The position numbers were made by a program, and so were the translations under genes. From a virus, in IMG/VR virus record IMGVR_UViG_3300034022_000629, positions 1-64,000 of that record: DNA of 64,000 bases, one strand, 5' to 3'. Position 1 is the stretch's first letter. Each line of letters opens with the position of its first letter. Shown here piece by piece: positions 1 to 9,373 of this stretch. The notes below the pieces were generated by a model. The model did no database searches. It worked only from the letters and a program-made list of their open reading frames with translations, and was not told where the DNA came from.

Positions 1-637
1 CTTCTATAACATCCCAAGCATCTTCAAGTGCGTTGTGAGTTACAATACCATCAACGTTTGCACGTTCCTTACATTGAGTAAGGTTCGGTAATGATTTATC
101 GTTTGTCCAATCAACCATTAAGATTGCAGGATCTAATACTCTTTGACGAGTACGGATTAATTTTTGCCACCAAGGAAGTTCTTGTAAGAATAACTTATCA
201 AATGTTCCAAAGTTTTTACCGGCAACATTTAATGTAATCGGTTTAGTTTTACCATCAATGACGGGTGTTAATTTTCCATTCACGTGAGTTGATGGTGAAT
301 CCAAATGTGAAAATCCATTACACCAAAGAAACTTATAGAATTCTTTAATCACATCTTCTTTCTCATAGAAACTATAATCGGTATGTGTGTCCATTAAAAA
401 TCTAGTGTCATCAGTACCTTCAAGGTATTCACCAATCATTGCAATGATTTCTTTGTTCATCGTGATTGCTCTTGGTGAACCTGTGATTTCATTTTGAAGA
501 ACAATCGCATTAAACTTAGGACACTCTTCGTATGGTAATTTCTTTTCAGTATCTTCGATAATTGCACCGATAGATAATACTTTGTGTTTCTCAGAATCTA
601 ATCCTGAAGTTTCGATATCAACGCTAACGTAGACCAT
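1..637 (-). CDS. DEDDh 3'-5' exonuclease (DnaQ/DexA-like), N-terminal part; C-terminus lies beyond window start
   Basis: Not in the ORF track because no stop falls in the window. The minus-strand ATG is the complement of 635-637. Translation begins MVYVSVDIETSGLD (Exo I D-x-E motif), and THNALEDA further on matches the Exo III H-x4-D motif. Confidence 0.55.
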   Translation of the reverse strand, partial: MVYVSVDIETSGLDSEKHKVLSIGAIIEDTEKKLPYEECPKFNAIVLQNEITGSPRAITMNKEIIAMIGEYLEGTDDTRFLMDTHTDYSFYEKEDVIKEFYKFLWCNGFSHLDSPSTHVNGKLTPVIDGKTKPITLNVAGKNFGTFDKLFLQELPWWQKLIRTRQRVLDPAILMVDWTNDKSLPNLTQCKERANVDGIVTHNALEDAWDVIE

Positions 638-657
638 TTTACTTTTTTTTAAAATTA

Positions 658-957
658 TTAATTAAACATTTCATCTTTACCAACAGCATCGTGCTGTTTC
701 ACTAACTCGTTTATCCTACTCTCAATTCTAATTTGCAATGCACCTTCCAAACCTTTATCTTTCCAATTGGTTTCAAAATAAAATCTCGCCATATTAAATT
801 TTAGTTTAACTTGGTGAAGTTCAAAGCCTGGAATCATAATTAAATCTTCCATTTCTTTATCCAAGTAATCGGTTACTTCTGGAATGTTAAAACCTAAACC
901 ATACCAACCTTCGGGGATGTATGGTTTGTACTTCTCATTAAATTCATTTGATGTCAT
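658..957 (-). CDS. hypothetical protein
   Basis: 99-aa ORF tightly packed with its neighbours; no recognisable motif. Confidence 0.4.
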   Translation of the reverse strand: MTSNEFNEKYKPYIPEGWYGLGFNIPEVTDYLDKEMEDLIMIPGFELHQVKLKFNMARFYFETNWKDKGLEGALQIRIESRINELVKQHDAVGKDEMFN

Positions 958-1421
958 AGTCCTAATTTATTAAGTTGTTTAATTGTATCTTCAGCTGAAG
1001 TATGTAAAATACCAATACCCCCCGCTTCAATCCATCCATTTATATTATCAACTCTATCGTCAATAAGAATGTTGTTAGGACCTGCGAAATCTTTCTTATG
1101 TTTAGCACTTCTAAGAATCAATTTAACACCAGGTAATTCTCTATAAACCCAGTCAAATTTAGCTACCCTCGAATCTTCCTGACGAGATGGTGCTGAAAGT
1201 AATTTTGGATTATACTTTTCAATATAAGACCACAAGTCTTTCCCATCTTTCATCCAACCAAGGTTAATCCAAAAATCATAACCCGCTGCATTGATTGGGT
1301 CCCAAAAATCGGTGTCACTTCTATGTGAACCATCTAACTCGTGACCTGTAAGTTCTAAGTACCCCTTGTCAAAATCAACAAGTACCCCATCCATATCACA
1401 ATATATTTTATACTCTCCCAT
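954..1421 (-). CDS. HAD-family 5'(3')-deoxyribonucleotidase-like protein
   Basis: The N-terminal YCDMDGVLVDF matches the DMDGVLADF nucleophile motif of NT5C-type deoxyribonucleotidases; 155 aa. Confidence 0.55.
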   Translation of the reverse strand: MGEYKIYCDMDGVLVDFDKGYLELTGHELDGSHRSDTDFWDPINAAGYDFWINLGWMKDGKDLWSYIEKYNPKLLSAPSRQEDSRVAKFDWVYRELPGVKLILRSAKHKKDFAGPNNILIDDRVDNINGWIEAGGIGILHTSAEDTIKQLNKLGL

Positions 1422-1466
1422 AATATATGTTTTGAGTACAAATATAAGATATTAATTTGAATATAC

Positions 1467-1495
1467 AAAAAAACCCCAAAAAAATTTGGGGTTTT
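1467..1495. terminator. intrinsic terminator hairpin (aaaccccaaa / tttggggttt) flanked by A/T runs; usable in both orientations
   Basis: Perfect 10-bp stem with a 7-nt loop. It sits between the minus-strand genes at 1518-1742 and 954-1421. Confidence 0.45.
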
Positions 1496-1517
1496 ATAGG
1501 AAATAGTTGAAATATCT

Positions 1518-1742
1518 TTATTTTGTTTTAGCAACAACCGTTGGGTTATCACTTTTTGCATTGTCTATAACGTAATATTCACCATTCTCATCCTGACCTA
1601 TGGTCAATTCGTGATCGTCAGCTCCTGGTAATTCTTCAGGTTGGATTTTAGTATCGAAGTCGTCAAACTCTTGAGATTCCTTTAGGATACCCTCAACAAT
1701 TCTAGTGATATCGGTTTGTTTTAATTTAATAACTTTGGCCAT
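1518..1742 (-). CDS. small acidic hypothetical protein
   Basis: 74-aa ORF. A promoter-like TATATAAATATCA motif lies just upstream at 1754-1767. Confidence 0.4.
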   Translation of the reverse strand: MAKVIKLKQTDITRIVEGILKESQEFDDFDTKIQPEELPGADDHELTIGQDENGEYYVIDNAKSDNPTVVAKTK

Positions 1743-1945
1743 AGTTTCTTTTATATATAAATATCAGGTTATTTGGTTAAGATTTCTTACGATCCAAACC
1801 TTTCTTTTGATTCAATTTACGGGTGGCTTTAGCCATTTTCTCCCTATTTTTTTGTTTCTTTTCACTTTTTGTCATATTCTTAAATATAAGAAAAATAAAA
1901 AAGGGACACCTTTCGATGCCCCTTTGGTTTTCAGGGATTTATATC

Positions 1946-2890
1946 TTAATTAATTCCTTTAAATATTTGTGGAACTGTACCATAAACTGGTAACTTACCA
2001 TCCCATTTATTAATGAACTCCAATTGTAATAGCATTGGTGTAATGGTCTTTTGTTTTAAACTATTAGCCTCAGCTTCAGCCTTAGCGGATGTTAACATTG
2101 CCTCAGCGTTACCTTGTGCGGTTGCCACTTTAATCTTAGCTTCAGCCTCAGCTTGTTTAACTTTATTTTCAGCCATCAACGCCCCTTGAACGGCATTGTT
2201 CTTTGCTTCAATTGCTCTCTTAAATGTTTCAGGGTAAACTAAGTTAGATGTCAATTGATTAATGATGAAACCTTCAGGTAATAAACTAGCATCCAATGTT
2301 GCTCTTACTTTTGTTTCAAACAATTGACGGTTACTGATTAGTTCCTCAGCCGTATAAAAGTTAGCGGTCATTCTAAATGCGTCATAAATGTTTGTCTTTA
2401 AAAACCCATCTTCAATCTCACCTAAACTTCTACGGTATTTGGCAAAAATCGATGGAACCTTATCTCTCTTTACAGAATAGTTAATGATTGGTGAAATGTG
2501 AAATTCACTACCATCTTTTGAGTTAACAATAAATGCGTTCTCACCACTATATTCTTTATGTTGAATGTAAGTTGGGAACTCATAAATGTTATGTGTAATT
2601 GGATTAAAAAATACCATACCTGTTACTTCAGTAACATCACTAACCCCTTTGTTATCACCATAAAGGTTTACCTTAACACCTACGTGTCCAGCGTCAATTC
2701 TCTCACAAGAGAAAAATAAAAATACTAATGTAAAAAATAACCCTACTCCAATTAAAATACTTCTCATAATTTGTTTTTGTTTTTGTTTTTGTTCTTGATT
2801 AAATTCTTCTTCTAAACGATTTAATTGTTCGTCTGTTCTTCTATTTCCGTAAGCATCAAAACGATTATCATACCTATTAAATGCTTCCAT
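1946..2890 (-). CDS. SPFH/band-7 (prohibitin/HflK-like) membrane protein
   Basis: N-terminal TM segment, an SPFH core (VGVKVNLYG...), and a C-terminal Ala/Glu/Lys-rich coiled coil (AEAEAKIKVATAQGNAEA). An in-frame (QK)n stretch near the N-terminus comes from a hexanucleotide repeat. Confidence 0.6.
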   Translation of the reverse strand: MEAFNRYDNRFDAYGNRRTDEQLNRLEEEFNQEQKQKQKQIMRSILIGVGLFFTLVFLFFSCERIDAGHVGVKVNLYGDNKGVSDVTEVTGMVFFNPITHNIYEFPTYIQHKEYSGENAFIVNSKDGSEFHISPIINYSVKRDKVPSIFAKYRRSLGEIEDGFLKTNIYDAFRMTANFYTAEELISNRQLFETKVRATLDASLLPEGFIINQLTSNLVYPETFKRAIEAKNNAVQGALMAENKVKQAEAEAKIKVATAQGNAEAMLTSAKAEAEANSLKQKTITPMLLQLEFINKWDGKLPVYGTVPQIFKGIN

Positions 2891-2891
2891 A

Positions 2892-3257
2892 TTATTTATT
2901 TTTTGGCTTCTTTCTTGTTTTCACAAATGGTTCCTCACTTTTAGTTTTGGAAGCTTGTTTGGGATTTCTTTTCTTTTTAATTATTTCTTCCTTGGGTACA
3001 TAATCGTATTCAGTTTCTCCTGGTGGGATTACCTCATCTTTATTTGAAAAAAACTCAAACAGATCTTTCCATTGAATGAAATGATAAACAAACAATACTG
3101 AGAATATACCAACTAGTGCCGCCAAAATATTGGTGTACGAGTCTGCGGTAGTTAATCCTGGAAATACGATATATTCGAACACGATTACGACTCCGAATAT
3201 TACTCCAACAACAGCCAAGACACTTTTGTCGAATACTTTTTTTAATGTTTCTTTCAT
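2892..3257 (-). CDS. small membrane protein with a basic C-terminal tail
   Basis: Two predicted TM helices followed by a K/R-rich tail; adjacent to, and probably co-transcribed with, the SPFH gene. Confidence 0.4.
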   Translation of the reverse strand: MKETLKKVFDKSVLAVVGVIFGVVIVFEYIVFPGLTTADSYTNILAALVGIFSVLFVYHFIQWKDLFEFFSNKDEVIPPGETEYDYVPKEEIIKKKRNPKQASKTKSEEPFVKTRKKPKNK

Positions 3258-3386
3258 TTGTTTTAAATTTTACCCCATCCGGATTTTTCCATACAAATTA
3301 AACGATATTGTTCAACTGTTCTAAGGAAGTTTATTAATTTTTTCATAGTATTAAAATATAAATAAAATTTTTTAAATAAAAAAATA

Positions 3387-4043
3387 TTATCCAACAATTC
3401 CTTTCATATCATCTGTGTGATGATCTAACGGTCCTAACTCTGAACCGATTACAACTTTTTTCATCGGATTAATAATCTCACGATGTAAATCATAAGGTCT
3501 AAATTCTGGATGACCATCCATACCTACATCCATTCTTCTACCATTGGTAATCTTTTGTGCGTGTGGTAAGTGACAATGTCCGTGTAGCATTATTCTACCT
3601 TTACGTAAACCATTCCAAGATGATATTGGATAGTGCATACACTCCAACGTTTCACCCATATAGTTTACTTGTAGGAACCATTGAACACTATTGAATAAAC
3701 TTTGACAGTTCTCTCTGTTCCTATCAATGTGATGATCGTGGTTACCTAAGATTAAATGAATCTCTTGACATATGATTCTATCTCTTAACAATTGAATGTT
3801 TTCAAATCCACCGAATGACCAATCCCCAAAATGAATCAACACATCTTCTTGACCAACAACCTCATTGATGTTGTTAACAATGGTATCATTCATCTTATCT
3901 AACGTTGGGAAATCCCTTGTTTGATTTTCCGGAATATCTCCATTAGCTAATCTCCAATTAGTTGTTCCACGACATATGTTTCCGTGACTGAAATGGGTGT
4001 CTCCCGTTACCCAAACTTTTCTACTATCTTCTATCTTTATCAT
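3387..4043 (-). CDS. calcineurin-like metallophosphoesterase
   Basis: Motifs GDTHFSHG, HFGDWSFGG, LGNHDHH and HGHCH match metallophosphoesterase signature blocks. Confidence 0.65.
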   Translation of the reverse strand: MIKIEDSRKVWVTGDTHFSHGNICRGTTNWRLANGDIPENQTRDFPTLDKMNDTIVNNINEVVGQEDVLIHFGDWSFGGFENIQLLRDRIICQEIHLILGNHDHHIDRNRENCQSLFNSVQWFLQVNYMGETLECMHYPISSWNGLRKGRIMLHGHCHLPHAQKITNGRRMDVGMDGHPEFRPYDLHREIINPMKKVVIGSELGPLDHHTDDMKGIVG

Positions 4044-4456
4044 CCTCTAAAAAATTTAAAATCTTTTTTCTTATCCGGTCTTCTATTTGGTGGTTCTATT
4101 CTTTCTATTGCAGACCTAATTGCCGTTTCTCTTTCTGATTGTGCTTGAGTAATTCGTGATATTGGTGGTGGAGGTGGAATGGTTCTACCAAAACTTGTCA
4201 TTCGTTGTCTGTTAATTTCTGACATTGTTCTAAACCATCCTCTATGTCTCTCGTTACTTTCATTTTCTTTCTTTCGTTTTTCTTTTATGATTTTTTCCTC
4301 ATCATCTCCAATTAATAACGCCAATATTGGACCCAATATTATTGCACCTATTATTGTATCTAAACCTAATGTCCAACGTTTACTGTGATAGACCATCACA
4401 TATGTTGCGGATATCATCCAAAAAAATACTAAAACAAATATTAACTCGTTACTCAT
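4040..4456 (-). CDS. membrane protein with a Pro-rich segment
   Basis: Two TM helices, then a charged KEKRKKENE stretch and a PPPPPI run. Confidence 0.35.
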   Translation of the reverse strand: MSNELIFVLVFFWMISATYVMVYHSKRWTLGLDTIIGAIILGPILALLIGDDEEKIIKEKRKKENESNERHRGWFRTMSEINRQRMTSFGRTIPPPPPISRITQAQSERETAIRSAIERIEPPNRRPDKKKDFKFFRG

Positions 4457-4457
4457 A

Positions 4458-4976
4458 TTAACTAAATTCAGTTGATGTACTTACTCGAAGTCCATCGATT
4501 ATTAAATCATCGTACTTGGGGTCATCGAAAAACGAACCAACACCTTTAGCTCTTTCCTTTTTTCGATATTCACGATTAACAACTAACCCATCAGGTTCAC
4601 CCCATTCAAGTGCCATAGTAATAAAATCTTCAATACTCCACTCGTCACCATATTCATCAACCACCCTACCTGAACGAATGAAAGACAATAGTTCTTCTTT
4701 ATTAGAATAATATTTGTCCTTATGAAAATTCCAACAGAACTTCCAACCACCGCTTCGTTTACCTAAATGAATATTAGTTCCATCAATGAAGATACCCCAC
4801 GGACTTTCTCTACCCCATTGATTATCAATAGGTTCATCAAACCCACACTCAATGTTACTTGGTGATAAATCTAAGTTGGCAATACGTTCTAGTAATTTGA
4901 ATTTTCTTTCATCCATCTCGGATGCTTGGGGTATGCGGTAGTAATTTGTTCCCATAATGTTAGTAAGTTTGTACAA
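4458..4976 (-). CDS. hypothetical protein; the track start is TTG, the real start is probably the internal ATG at 4955
   Basis: 172-aa ORF. A TATCACA-containing motif lies upstream at 4993-5017. Confidence 0.4.
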   Translation of the reverse strand: MYKLTNIMGTNYYRIPQASEMDERKFKLLERIANLDLSPSNIECGFDEPIDNQWGRESPWGIFIDGTNIHLGKRSGGWKFCWNFHKDKYYSNKEELLSFIRSGRVVDEYGDEWSIEDFITMALEWGEPDGLVVNREYRKKERAKGVGSFFDDPKYDDLIIDGLRVSTSTEFS

Positions 4977-5018
4977 ATGTATATATTTTTTCTGATATCA
5001 CAAAATATATCACAAAAA

Positions 5019-5042
5019 AATCCCCAAATTTCTTTGGGGATT
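5019..5042 (-). terminator. intrinsic terminator (aatcccca / tggggatt) followed by a T-run on the minus strand
   Basis: Perfect 8-bp stem. On the minus strand it is followed by TTTTTTTGTGAT. It lies downstream of the minus-strand gene at 5093-6325. Confidence 0.45.
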
Positions 5043-5092
5043 AACTGAAACACGACTCGTGTCAGTCCGAGGATACTATCCAGGGAGAGGTT

Positions 5093-6325
5093 TTATTTTT
5101 TTATTTCTTTTAAGATATCTAAAGAAATGTTAACAACTGTTTCGTTAATTTTCTCAACATCAGATCTTCTAACGTTTGCATATTTTAATGCTGTTTTAGG
5201 TGAGATACCTTCTATCTTCGTTTTAAAATCACTGATAGCTTCTCTTAATCCTTGAGATACCGCAAAAACTGACATAATTGATTTGTCACCTGTAAATTCA
5301 ATATCTTCTAATGGAACCATTTTTTCTACTTTAATTACACCATCATCCAAATACCCACCATCTTGTAGAGTTAGTGGTTGCATTTTACCATTTGGGATTC
5401 TATATTCGTCTGGTCTTTTTCTACCAAACTTGTTTTTCATACTAATAGTCCAAATAAATTGGTCGTTTTGTTTAACACCCGTAATTTCAAAATCCATTTT
5501 CATTGAAACATCTAAGTTCAATTCTGAATAACCACTTTTATCTAATTGGAATACATCAGTTTTACCTAAGTATCTTTTGTCGCTCTTTTTAGTTTCTTCC
5601 CATTTACTATATTTTTGATTGAATTGTCTTGCCAAATATGATGTATTGTTCTGTTCAGTGTCTCTACCACCAATTCTAGCAACAACCGACTTTAAGAATG
5701 ATTGAGCATTTTCATATGTGTTGAAACTATGAACTCTATATTTTATTTCGTCATTATCCCAAACATCGTTATGTGTATCTTCAAATTTAAGGTCGTTAAC
5801 TATGATTGCTGGAATACTTCTTTTAGAAAGTATCTCATTAAATTGTTTACCTTTATCTGATTCAAGACCTAACTCATCTCTAAGGATAGGATTGAATAGT
5901 CTTCTAATATTTTCTTGTACGTCGTAATTTTCTCCACTTGCTTGGTAAGGTCTACGTTCGATATTGTTATCATCACCTTCGTCATCTGGTAAATTACTAT
6001 AGACTCTTTTAGTGTTTCTATGTGGATTGTATTTTGGACAAGTGTCACTTGACCACTTAACTCCACCATATTGTTGTTTTAGTTTTTCAACTAAATCTGG
6101 ATGACTATTAACAAACTCTTGAATATCACAAGTAAATATCACATTTACTCTACCACCTTGAGGGTTGTTAGGGTCGATTAACATATCGTGACCAATAAGA
6201 TTACCTTCGTCATCTTTAATTGGTCTACTAATAGCATCTGCTTTATCCCATATACGTCCCATTTCATCTATTTCGGTTGAACTTTCTGAAATGATAGACA
6301 TTAATTTTTCTTTCGATATTTCCAT
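5093..6325 (-). CDS. hypothetical protein (410 aa), possibly virion-associated
   Basis: Long ORF with no recognisable catalytic motif. A promoter-like motif lies upstream at 6341-6355. Confidence 0.45.
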   Translation of the reverse strand: MEISKEKLMSIISESSTEIDEMGRIWDKADAISRPIKDDEGNLIGHDMLIDPNNPQGGRVNVIFTCDIQEFVNSHPDLVEKLKQQYGGVKWSSDTCPKYNPHRNTKRVYSNLPDDEGDDNNIERRPYQASGENYDVQENIRRLFNPILRDELGLESDKGKQFNEILSKRSIPAIIVNDLKFEDTHNDVWDNDEIKYRVHSFNTYENAQSFLKSVVARIGGRDTEQNNTSYLARQFNQKYSKWEETKKSDKRYLGKTDVFQLDKSGYSELNLDVSMKMDFEITGVKQNDQFIWTISMKNKFGRKRPDEYRIPNGKMQPLTLQDGGYLDDGVIKVEKMVPLEDIEFTGDKSIMSVFAVSQGLREAISDFKTKIEGISPKTALKYANVRRSDVEKINETVVNISLDILKEIKK

Positions 6326-6340
6326 TACTACGTGTATTTT

Positions 6341-6355
6341 TATATAAATATCACA
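6341..6355 (-). promoter_or_regulatory. recurrent intergenic motif TATATAAATATCACA (minus-strand sense TGTGATATTTATATA), a candidate phage promoter
   Basis: Same or near-identical motif 5-30 nt upstream of the starts of minus-strand genes at 1754-1767, 6341-6355, 7949-7962, 13173-13189, 52055-52068 and 53415-53430. A split version lies at 9341-9367. Confidence 0.4.
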
Positions 6356-6387
6356 GAATCACACTTATTGTGTTTTGTGTGATAATA

Positions 6388-7944
6388 TTATGCCATTGTA
6401 GATGAAGATGATATCATATTAGCAACTTTGGCAACTTTGGGTCCACCTTGAGCAATTAGACTGTTACCACTATTTGATCTTCTATCTATTACAATTTGTA
6501 ATAACGACTTAGGGTCTTTATTACCAGATGCAACCGCTTCGTTAATTGTTCTTGCAAATTTTTGGAACCATCCCTCACCATTCCAAGTTGCGTATCCAAA
6601 ATTAAACGTTAAAGCTGCATCTTTTGATATAATATCTGCAGCTTCAGGTGACAAATGTGATTTACTAAATTTAATAAAGAATGGTTTCATAATGTCACCA
6701 GCCAATTTTCTTAATTTTCTATCCAACGACGGATTATCTTTCAACATATAACCGTGTTTCCATTTACTTCTAGCATCTTCGGCATCAATTAAAGCCCAAA
6801 ATTCCTGACCCGCAGGTCCAGTGGCTTCAGTACCTCCCGCCTTTCTATCCATACCAAACATTGTTTCACCAGATGCACCAAATCTACCATCTTTTACTCT
6901 ACCATCTTGTAACATATCTGGGTGATAATATCCACCCTCTAAATTATCTATGATAAGATTAACTATACCCTCCCAATCGTTAACTGTGACGTTACCACCA
7001 CTACCGTTAGCTTTATTGATATATGATGAAAGTTCTTCTGATTTAACACCTCTTTCTTTAAGAAGTTCGATTAATTTATTTAACATTGCAGGAGTCGCTA
7101 CTTTCAAATCTGTACTACCCGCACCAGCCTTACCTCCAGTTGCATTTGTTAATCCAGAAGCTAAATCACTTAAATTACCTGAAGATACACCTACGTGAAC
7201 GTGAGATGGAATACCATCTATTTGCATTATCTTACCAATAAGGTCACCTTCTTTAACTGAATCACCAACACTTACCGATGAGTCTATATGTGTATAGAAA
7301 ATATCTGGTTTACCGTCGTTACTTTTTACAGACACTTGGTCTCCGTATATTTTTTTAACTCCACTTTTAATTAATCCACCACTTGCCTTTCTAACTTTAT
7401 TTACAACACCACTAGTGATTGAGTAAACCTCAGTTCCAACTGGACCTGTAACATCCCAAGCGTTTCCACTTTGCCAATCAGATGCACTATGTGTACCTTG
7501 ACCAGGTTTACCTATTAATCCACCACCTTGTGAAACCAACTTAGACGCCTCATTGATTGATGTTTTACCATCATTTAATTTCTCTTGTGTGAATTTAGCA
7601 ACCGCAGCACCAGTCTCAGGACCAAAAAGACCATCAACACCATACCTTGGTAATTCATAACCTAATAAAATTAAACCTATTTGCATAGACTCAACTTCTT
7701 TTTGAAATTGATATGAACCTTTTTCTTGTTGGGTTATCCCGTTACCGCTTGCGGCAGTTTCAAGAGTTTTATAAAACGCCTCAACGTCGGGAGTAATAGC
7801 GTCAGCCTTCTTATCGTCGTGTTTATTGGTCTTAATACCCAAACCACCCATAATTTTATCCCAAAGTTCCCCCTCATTAACTACTTTTTTACCATAGTTA
7901 AGTCGGTGCATTCTTTCTAACTGTTCTATTAAATTCTTCTTCAT
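6388..7944 (-). CDS. multi-domain peptidoglycan hydrolase (PG-binding domain, M23 peptidase, GH108-like/PG_binding_3-like C-terminus)
   Basis: - LGYELPRYGVDGLFGPETGAAV matches PG_binding_1.
- The M23 core carries H...D and HVHVG metal-ligand motifs (YTHIDSS...GIPSHVHVG).
- The C-terminal EGGYYHPDM...GETMFGMD resembles the GH108 N-terminal motif. Confidence 0.65.
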   Translation of the reverse strand: MKKNLIEQLERMHRLNYGKKVVNEGELWDKIMGGLGIKTNKHDDKKADAITPDVEAFYKTLETAASGNGITQQEKGSYQFQKEVESMQIGLILLGYELPRYGVDGLFGPETGAAVAKFTQEKLNDGKTSINEASKLVSQGGGLIGKPGQGTHSASDWQSGNAWDVTGPVGTEVYSITSGVVNKVRKASGGLIKSGVKKIYGDQVSVKSNDGKPDIFYTHIDSSVSVGDSVKEGDLIGKIMQIDGIPSHVHVGVSSGNLSDLASGLTNATGGKAGAGSTDLKVATPAMLNKLIELLKERGVKSEELSSYINKANGSGGNVTVNDWEGIVNLIIDNLEGGYYHPDMLQDGRVKDGRFGASGETMFGMDRKAGGTEATGPAGQEFWALIDAEDARSKWKHGYMLKDNPSLDRKLRKLAGDIMKPFFIKFSKSHLSPEAADIISKDAALTFNFGYATWNGEGWFQKFARTINEAVASGNKDPKSLLQIVIDRRSNSGNSLIAQGGPKVAKVANMISSSSTMA

Positions 7945-7974
7945 ATTAATATAAATATCACAATTTTAGTTCAA

Positions 7975-8181
7975 TTATAGGATATGATCCTCTTCATCCT
8001 CATCAAATTTACCAAAGAGGTCATCACCCTTATAATCTGGGTGATTTTTACTCATATAATCTATTCCTCTAACCCAACTCCAAGAGATTAATGCGACAAC
8101 TATAAACATTAACGCGAAAACTGGTATGTATTCCATATTATTTATTCTTTTTATTATGTGATTTAGGTCTTCCGTTTTCAT
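7975..8181 (-). CDS. small membrane protein
   Basis: 68 aa with one TM helix and an acidic tail. Confidence 0.35.
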   Translation of the reverse strand: MKTEDLNHIIKRINNMEYIPVFALMFIVVALISWSWVRGIDYMSKNHPDYKGDDLFGKFDEDEEDHIL

Positions 8182-8500
8182 CTAACAGAACGAAAACTAT
8201 CTTATCAATTCTAACAATCGATTCTTTTGTATTTTTGTTTCTAACATCACAACATATCGTTACTGACGTTGTCCCGAATTTAACCAAGTCCATACCAAAT
8301 TCAATTATGTCACCAACCTTTGCGGTGGTTACAAAATCAATCTCAGACATCGCTTTGGTTACGATATTAGAACTACTCAACTGACAAATGGCAAAGATTG
8401 CCGCCTCCTCATCAATCCACTTTAATAATTGACCACCAAATAACGTACCTCTTGGGTTTAAATCACCTGGCTTAATCAACTTTCTAGTCCTATATATCAT
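8138..8500 (-). CDS. hotdog-fold acyl-CoA thioesterase (YciA/4HBT-like)
   Basis: GTLFGGQLLKWIDEEAAI matches the YciA-type thioesterase N-terminal motif; 120 aa. Confidence 0.55.
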   Translation of the reverse strand: MIYRTRKLIKPGDLNPRGTLFGGQLLKWIDEEAAIFAICQLSSSNIVTKAMSEIDFVTTAKVGDIIEFGMDLVKFGTTSVTICCDVRNKNTKESIVRIDKIVFVLLDENGRPKSHNKKNK

Positions 8501-8757
8501 TTTCTTTTTTGTTTTTCTCTGTACTCTCTATGTTTTTCTGACCAATTAGGGTCTCTATAATCAATTACGTAATCACAATAATCATAGTCGTTAACTATTT
8601 CTCTTGGTTGTGGTAAGTCTGTTTCATCCTCATCCGTTTTAATTATCTGTCTAACCTTACCATTAATAACTCTACGAACAATCCTCCAATACAATGAAGA
8701 CTTCTTTTCATTTCTAGGTCTATCTTTAACAATAGGTTTACGACGGCTTCTGCTCAT
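8497..8757 (-). CDS. small basic hypothetical protein
   Basis: 86 aa with an R/K-rich N-terminus. Confidence 0.3.
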   Translation of the reverse strand: MSRSRRKPIVKDRPRNEKKSSLYWRIVRRVINGKVRQIIKTDEDETDLPQPREIVNDYDYCDYVIDYRDPNWSEKHREYREKQKRK

Positions 8758-9319
8758 CAGTTAAGAATTTTATGATCTTTTCTTTTATTCCACTTTGTTT
8801 AATGCCCTCAATACTCTTCGGGGTTAAAACAAAATTATCCAATCCCCAAACTTCTTTCCATTCTTCTCCTTTACCCATATCCAAATCATCTACTGCAACC
8901 CATTCTGTGACCTCTGGGTGGTCTCTAAGGTATTGATGTATCTCCAAGGACCTTGACTGTTCTAAGTCCCACTGACGAGACCATATGAAGTTTTCAGGGA
9001 CATCACATTCACCTAAGTTTTTAGTAAATGCTATTGGTTTCTTTTTGAGTCCCTGTGACTCATAATATTCACCCATCTCCTCAACAGTGGCCCATCTTTT
9101 CCAATCAGATGAGACAACAATTTCAGCATTAGTTTCTTCCAGTATTTCATTTAGGGTATCGATTGCTTTCTTATTAAAATTATCAAAACGAGCGTCCAAC
9201 TCAAGTGACATAACTGATTGACTTAACTTACGTCCAACCTTTTTTTGTTTCTTAAATCTACCTCCCCATTCTGTTGACAAACAAATAACCCCATCGTGAT
9301 CTAAAAATATTACCTTCAT
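8738..9319 (-). CDS. HAD-like phosphatase
   Basis: The N-terminal FLDHDGVI matches the HAD motif I (DxDGx) nucleophile; 193 aa. Confidence 0.45.
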   Translation of the reverse strand: MKVIFLDHDGVICLSTEWGGRFKKQKKVGRKLSQSVMSLELDARFDNFNKKAIDTLNEILEETNAEIVVSSDWKRWATVEEMGEYYESQGLKKKPIAFTKNLGECDVPENFIWSRQWDLEQSRSLEIHQYLRDHPEVTEWVAVDDLDMGKGEEWKEVWGLDNFVLTPKSIEGIKQSGIKEKIIKFLTDEQKPS

Positions 9320-9373
9320 TTCTTCCTTTTTATGTTGTAAATATAAATAATATTTTCGAATATCACAAATTAA

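Noticed and set aside
1901-1933. Possible terminator hairpin aaggg...ccctt after the SPFH gene
   Set aside because: The stem has only 5 bp plus mismatches. The T-run is plausible but the structure is weak, so I did not list it as a feature.
1705-1953. Plus-strand ORFs of 60-120 aa antisense to minus-strand genes (for example 1705-1953, 3130-3324, 4179-4388, 4516-4710, 5283-5531, 6950-7198, 11509-11691, 12822-13136, 32386-32667, 40181-40447, 44139-44375, 56951-57295, 61253-61462, 63464-63739)
   Set aside because: All lie fully inside longer opposite-strand genes that have recognisable domains. AT-rich DNA produces long antisense ORFs by chance.
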